A stretch of DNA of 64,000 nt from the human T2T-CHM13v2.0 reference genome, Homo sapiens. Of the stretch, positions 57,163-64,000 are shown piece after piece; the first letter of the stretch is position 1; every line of letters starts with the position of its first letter. The position numbers and the translations under genes were made by a program. The notes under the pieces were generated by a model, which ran no database searches, had not been told where the DNA came from, and saw only the letters and a program-made list of their open reading frames with translations. The stretch lies in assembly GCF_009914755.1 (NCBI RefSeq), contig NC_060931.1; one strand, 5' to 3'.

Positions 57163-58897
57163 CTATAAAGCATAGAAAAAGAAAATGGTCAGAAGAGATG
57201 ATAAAAGAATAATCATTTGCAAGGGGAAAGAGTCCTCATGTTCCTACTACCACGCATCTGCCCTTTTTGGAAGAGAATCTACAACTATACTTTAGAGGAC
57301 CACATGCTCTGACTTTCACATGTCTCCTGCAACTTCTCCACACCCTGGCAGGCAGATCCTGCTGCTCTCCCTCAAAGAGTTAACAGGTAAACAAATTACC
57401 CCAGGAACTTGTCATCTGAGGGCCTGGAAGACTCTCTCCCTTGTTAATAATGGAAACCCATCTGGCAAAGCAGCCTCACTAATCTCGGAAGGGAAGAGGA
57501 AACTGCCATCTCATGTTATCTACAAGCCAATTTTTATACTGAAAAGTTCTTGTGCTATTAATTATCATGCTATTAATCTGGTTGAGTTAAAATGACTGTC
57601 TTGCTAAAATAGCTTTTTAAAAGAATCTCCTACAGTGGTACCTATCAGACCCTGTGTAAACAAGCTGTATAATTTACATGCACTCTTTAAACCATCACCA
57701 CTAAGACAAATTCTGCCATTTAACACAGTTTCCCTCTCGCTAGACAATGAATCTTGCTGCTCTGAAGGAAACAAAGCAAAAAGGGAAAAATTGACTTGAT
57801 CCTGCTAATCTCTCACCTGTCCAGTGAAAGAGAGAATCTGCTGATGCCATGCATCCTCAAAGAGGTCAGCAAAATGAAGATTTACTTAACGTACTTATAG
57901 ATATCAATAGCAATAAAAGGTTACAACTAATATGCTGACACTGAATGTAAGCACTTTACAACAATCCATGAGATAAACAAAGAACAAGAAAAAATGGGGC
58001 AAGGACATTTTAGATATAACTAATATATTTTCAAGAAAAAAATGAACATTTTAAGGAAGATCGATGCATATATTACTCAATACAAGTTGGACAGCGGGAT
58101 AAATGTAAATCTAGTGTTTAAAATCATTTTAATTTCATTCATCAAAAATTAGCAAGAGCCTGACAGGTGGCAGGCACCTTCCAAAGTACAGCCTGGAGGA
58201 CAACACAGTCCTTGCCTTCAAAGGCCATGGGTAAAATGGGGATATGTTCCTTGTAATTAAGAATTTTATTATACTTGTATCATTAACCACAATGAATATT
58301 AGAATCTCCTCTGTAACTCAATGCAGCCTGTTTAGCTTAATGTCAATCCAAGTCTCATAAAGTTCTTATTCATTTGAAGCTACAATAATCCACAGTAACA
58401 TTTTTGTTCTTAGCACTACATAAAAAAAACAATTATTGCACTACATGATAGCTGTCCAGAGAGTTAATGACATGTATCATGTTCCACCTTCTAAAATGTT
58501 TCTCCTCTGCACTCACCATCACAGTTCCTGGTTTTAGTCCTCTTACTGTACTGATCCTTCTCTTGTGGACATAGTCCACTTTAACATTAACAATCACTAT
58601 TCTGACTTCTTTACTGAACATCTATTATAAACTGCTCATTATGTTCCATTCACCACCCACAACATTATAAACTTTCCTAACACCATTGGGGTTGGAAGAG
58701 TGAGGCTTAGAGGTTGAGTTTAATGACTTCTAACATCCTTTCCATCTCTGTGAGTCGCTGAATATTATGTTATTAGCATCAGCAATACAAGGCTTTGATA
58801 ACTATGCCAATAAACCACACTTAAGATTCCTATTTCCTGTATGTACAGTTCTAAAAAGACACTTGAGTACTCTTTCAGGAAAATCACATTAAACCTA

Positions 58898-59315
<418 letters not shown>

Positions 59316-59586
59316 ATTATCTTAAGTGAAACAACTCAGAAACAGTCAAATATGCATGTTCTTACTTATAAGTAGAAGCTAAATAATGTGTACACGTGGA
59401 CAAAGAGTAGAGAATGGCAGACCACGGAGACTGGGAAGGGTAGATGATGAGAAAATTATTTAATGGATACAATATATATTATTCAGGTGACAGTGACACT
59501 AAAATCCCAGAGTTCACCACTATGCAATATATGTAACAAAATTGCACCTGTACCCATTAAATGTATGTAAATTAAAAAAGAAAAAA
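59316..59586 (+). mobile_element. L1MA 3' end
   Basis: atcttaagtgaaacaactcagaaacag...gatgatgagaaaattatttaatggatacaat...ttcaccactatgcaatat...A tail. Confidence 0.85.
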
Positions 59587-60315
59587 CAGAAGTCTCCAAC
59601 CAGCAATTTCAATCCAAAAACTCAAAATCAAATTACACTCTTTCTCCACACCAGAAAGCATGCAGTGCCAGAATTTGACACCGTGAGGCAGGAAGATCTG
59701 AGACCTGAATCTTCAGGGAAAACTGGGCTCTGAGAGTAGCTTCTTTGGCTATGGAATTGATGGAGAACATTTACTCTAGGAAACTCTGAGACTTGCCTTC
59801 AGCACCACTACGAACATCTCACACAGACAGGTGATCTCAAAAAAAACTTGTTTCCACAATCCTACCAAAGCAATGCATGAGTGATGTCAAGAATTAGGCT
59901 GGTCTGTTATTTCTTAGCTTCATTCATTCATCAAGCCCTCTAATTAATATGCTAGAGAGAGAAAGGCAAAGAAGACGTAAAGTAAATGTCCTCATTAAGA
60001 AATCCAAGAAGCCTGAACTTTGAGAAAGGTAACAATTTGAGAATGAGTCAGTGGTTTTCAAACTTTTTTTTTAGCTTCACACTCTCATTTAAAGAATCTA
60101 ACTTCAAATCCTGAAATGTAAGTTATAAATTATGCTGTTTTCAAAGTGAAATAAGCAAGACACAAAAGGACAAATATTGCATGATTCCACTTATATAACA
60201 CAGAAGTAAAACAGAGGTTACCAAAGGCAGAGGGAGGATGTAGTGGGGAGTTACTGTTAAATGGGTACAGAGTTTCAGTTTGTGATGATTAAAAGTTCTA
60301 GAGAGGCAGAGTGGT

Positions 60316-60717
60316 TGTCTTAGTACATTTGTGTTGCTCTAAAGGAATACCTAACTAAGGCGGGTTAATTTATAAAGAAAAGAGCGTTATTTGGCTCACG
60401 GTTCTGCAGTCTGTACCAGAAGCACGGCACCAGCATCTGCTTCTGATGAGGGCCTCAGGCTGCTTCTACTCATGGCAGTAGGTTGAAGGGTAGCTGGCAT
60501 ATGCAGAGATCACATGGCAAGACAGGAAGCAAAAGAGGGCAATGGGGAGGTGCCAGGCTCTTTTTAACAACCAGCTCTCGTGGGAGCTAATAGAAAGAGA
60601 ACTCACTATTTCAAGGATGGGACCAAGCCATCGTGAGAGATCTGCCCCCATTAGATCTCCCACCTCTAATACTGGGGAACATGAGATTTTAGGTGGACAA
60701 ACATCACAACTACAGCA
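60316..60717 (-). mobile_element. MSTB-like MaLR solo LTR
   Basis: tgtcttagt...actacagca with perfect 5-bp TSD gtggt. Confidence 0.9.
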
Positions 60718-60785
60718 GTGGTGATGGTTGCACAACAATGTGAGTGTATTTAATGCCACTGAATCATACACTTAAAAATGGTTAA

Positions 60786-60910
60786 GGTGGGGGTGGCTCA
60801 CACCTGTAATCCCAGCACTTTGGGAGGCTAAGGCAAGAGGATTGCTTAAGGCCAGGGAATTTGAGACCAGTGTGGGCAACACAGAAAGATCCTGTCTCTA
60901 CAAAAAAAAA
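60786..60910 (+). mobile_element. FLAM_C / AluJ left monomer
   Basis: Monomer with A tail and TSD aatggttaa. Confidence 0.85.
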
Positions 60911-61199
60911 TGTTTTCAACTTTTTTAATGGTTAAAATGGTAATTTTATGCTATGTGTATTTTACTATAATAAAGTGCTGTTGATCAAAGCAAAAGTGAT
61001 AGGCTGGAAGATACCCAGTGACACAAATGTCTATCTGAGCCAATTCTGGGTAACGGATTGACAGTTAAACTCAGAAACATTTCATTTTACCTTTCTTTTG
61101 CAAACCAATCCCTTAAGCCCAACCACCTACCCAAACAGCTTTACTGTGTGATTTCTGTGCCTTGACATGTGGCCTCTCTAATGTACTCATCACCTGCCA

Positions 61200-61600
61200 T
61201 CAGGATTATCTTCCCAAAGCACAGACCAGACGGCCACTGCCCTCCTCAAACAACCCTCAGTAGTGCTCCAGCCTGAAGAATAGCTTTCAGATTCCCCAGC
61301 AAAGTAGTCAAAGTCCTTCCCAGTCTGGCCCCCAACAGACCTTTAGCCTCACTCCCCACTCTCTCCACAAACCTGTGACCCTCCAGCCACACTGGAGGAC
61401 CCCTCGCCGAGATATTGCTTATATCTCTGTGCCACAAGTGGCAAATCAGTGGCCTGGGGTCTGGATATGGCCTGCAGGTGTTTTGTTTGGCCTAGGTGGT
61501 GTTTTTAAAAAAGCTTCCATATAAAAACCTGTACTCCTGACTGTATGTCTACATAAGATCCACACTTCCACATACCATCAGTTGCAGCTGAGCGGTTACA
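61200..61600 (+). mobile_element. L2 fragment followed by a MER102-like hAT fragment
   Basis: ctgtgaccctccagccacactgg (L2); gtggcaaatcagtggcc...ggcctgcaggtgttttgtttggcc (Charlie-like). Confidence 0.5.
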
Positions 61601-63628
61601 CCCAGGACAGAATGCACTCCACCACCCCCACCACTCCCAATTTCTGACACCAAGGCACGCCTGCTCATGTGCACCACCCCCTGCCTGCCTGAGTTTGTGC
61701 TGCCTGCTCTGCACTTTCCTCATGTCACTCCCTCCATTTAGAAGGCCCCTGGCCCCATCCTGCACTCATCCTGATGGAATGCTCTACAGGCTCAGTGGGT
61801 CTCTCAGGGATACCCCAGGGAGAGGTTGCCAGGCACTCAGCCTGAGGACATTCACTCTCTCTTCAATATCAGAGCTTGGTTTTTACGTTTCTTCCCGTAC
61901 CCCTCAGCTAGCACCTAATATTAACTGCCTTGTCCTACAAGTTCTCATTTTAAATATGCTGTGGATAAACCCAAAGGCTTTGCCTTCTTTGTCTCCCAGT
62001 ATCCTACTGGAAAAACATGTTGCTGGTGATGATGATGAGACAAGCTGCCAATCTAAAACAAATTCTTCCTCCTCCATATGTTGCCTTTCCCTTATGAGCA
62101 ATACCAAGCATATTTTCTCCAGACTCATGTCTGAATTATTAGCTTATGAACTGTAGGACAGTTACAGAAAGGGAACTGCAGGAAGGTAGCACCTTCCAAC
62201 AAATGCAGCAATTCCAACAATTCCTTGGGCTCCTAGAAGACTTCTCTCATACAGGCTTTCAACCAGCCCCCATCCCTAATCCTCCCATCAGCATAGAACC
62301 CTATGACAATGGCCTGGGAGAAGGCTTGGCCCAGCTGGCCTCAGAGGTCAGGAGTGGTGAAAAGGAAGACTGTCAGCCCAGGACAGAGAGGATCCAGGAC
62401 TTGCCTGGGTTGTGAAGTCCTCAGAATTGTAAGTGCCCACATACTGTTGGGGAAGAAAAACAGAATTTGGGGGAGAAATGGTAGCCTGGGGCCTAAGGAA
62501 GGCCACTCCAAACTTTGCAGGAGGGCTCACCTGGGTCTGTGTTGCAGGAAAAAAAAGAGCAGAGACCAGGCTCCAAGAAATCATCTATCTCCATCTTTGC
62601 CTGGAGGTACATGTGAACACTCACTGAGGTACTGCCACCTTCTCTGTCTTCCCAACAAACTATGCGCCCTAGCTGAGCATAATGAGAAAGAGAGTTCTGA
62701 TATAGGCACTGTCTGATATAGGCACAGGAAGGAGGAAATATTTTGTGTGGTATGTATGTGATATCCCTGTTGTCACAGAGCTTCAATTTAAAAAACCTCA
62801 AAGGAGTTGTGGCCAGCTTTAGACACTCAGGGACTAGGCTGGTTGAGTAGTAAAGATGAGGACTCAGGTTACCAAGCCCATTCAGCCTACTGGGCTCAGC
62901 TACTGCACTCATCTTATTCTGCAAATGAAGAAAAATCTTGACGTGTGCCCCAGCGTGGAAAAGAGGGCAAACTTGGTAACCCGGTGACCCAGTCCCAAAT
63001 CTGCCTTTGCATGAGAATCATCAAAACTCAGTTTGGGGAATTAGCTAATACCCACTAACACACTCCATCTGCACAGATTCTGATTCAGTAGGTTTAAAAT
63101 AAGAGCCTGGAATCACAAGCCGTTTTTAACAAAAACAAAAACAAAAAAACCATAAGGAGGCCCAGGCATCAAGAAGAAACAAAGGCAACAGGGGACTGCA
63201 CAGCCATGAATGGGAAGTAGCATGAGACACAGAAGCCCCTGATCTGATGAGTGTCCTCTCTCCAAGGTGTTAATGTGGGCGCGGCGGAGGCTACTAATAA
63301 TCAGCTAGTGAAGTGGCCTCTAGCCGACCAATTCAGGTGAAGATAAGTGGAAAAACTAACAAAGCAATCCGCTAGTCCAGCAAAACTAATCTGTGACTAC
63401 ATTTTAGTTACATGATGGGAAAGAGTGCACCCTCTAAAATCTGTCTGATTCTATACTTTTAAAACTTCTTGTTTGGGTTTTGTTTTTCCTTTAGTTAGTA
63501 GTAACACTGCCTTTAAAATATCTATCTTAGCCAAACTGTAAGAAAAGAGAATTGTGCATACGTAAGCCAAGTCCAGGTTTCGATGATTAACCTCTGTCTT
63601 ATTTATACAACCATTTCAACCTAGCCAC

Positions 63629-63682
63629 TTTAACATACTTTATATTCACAAAAGTTTTAACATACTTCATACTCACAAAAGT
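63629..63682. repeat. 27-bp tandem duplication
   Basis: tttaacatactttatattcacaaaagt / tttaacatacttcatactcacaaaagt. Confidence 0.9.
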
Positions 63683-64000
63683 TTTAGAGAGTAAAATTCC
63701 CAGTTACAGGCAAGAAAATCGAAGCACTCAAATTTGTATTGATTTGATTTTTATTGTAACATAATCACATGGGGATATACATGACAAATATGACATCTAA
63801 TAATCCGTAAGTGATCTACAATAAGGACAGAATTCCCCTAATTTCTAAAATGCAGAAGGAGAATTCAAAGTAGAAACTCTCCTACTTGATTAAGAAATAG
63901 ATGGTCTAATCGTGGAAATACTTTAATGGACCAGGGTCCAGGTTGGTTGATTAGGAAGATCAAAGGGTACCTGGGGAGCAGGCAAGAGTAAAGAAAGTAT

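Larger units (their letters stand above)
60140..60975 (+). mobile_element. L1MB 3' end split by MST and FLAM
   Basis: agtgaaataagc...tgattccacttata...gtggt|MST|gtggtgatggttgcacaacaatg...aatggttaa|FLAM|aatggttaaaatggtaatttt. Confidence 0.85.

Noticed and set aside
63270-63330. VPS41 promoter or CpG island
   Set aside because: Only a few CpGs and no exon 1 sequence; the promoter must lie beyond the right edge.

Overview
Primate (human-like) genomic DNA from inside the VPS41 gene (HOPS complex subunit), which lies on the minus strand. The window holds three short coding exons with canonical AG/GT boundaries: exon 2 (57124-57162, ETGSLEESTDESE), exon 3 (28180-28287) and exon 4 (21578-21655). Numbering is recalled from the human protein; exons 1 and 5 onward lie outside the window. 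The rest is intron, packed with transposon fossils: about 16 Alu/FLAM copies, one internally deleted L1PA, old L1M, L2 and MIR pieces, 7 solo LTRs, and the DNA transposons Tigger3, MER20, MER1, MER30, MER58 and MER94. Many are nested and retain target-site duplications (TSDs). Almost every supplied ORF is chance or repeat-derived, and the ORF track misses all three real exons. I see no convincing new biological system. Best leads: (1) an L1PA with both ends intact, an endonuclease-only ORF2 and an ORF0-like frame pointing into VPS41; (2) a recursive-splice-like AG|GTAAGT site in intron 4; (3) phase-0 exons that would give a stop-free circular ORF; (4) a 38-bp retro-insertion inside Tigger3; (5) an unexplained 61-bp dispersed duplication; (6) two stop-poor frames that may be very old coding fossils. 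Repeat subfamily names come from remembered consensus sequences and need RepeatMasker/Dfam confirmation.
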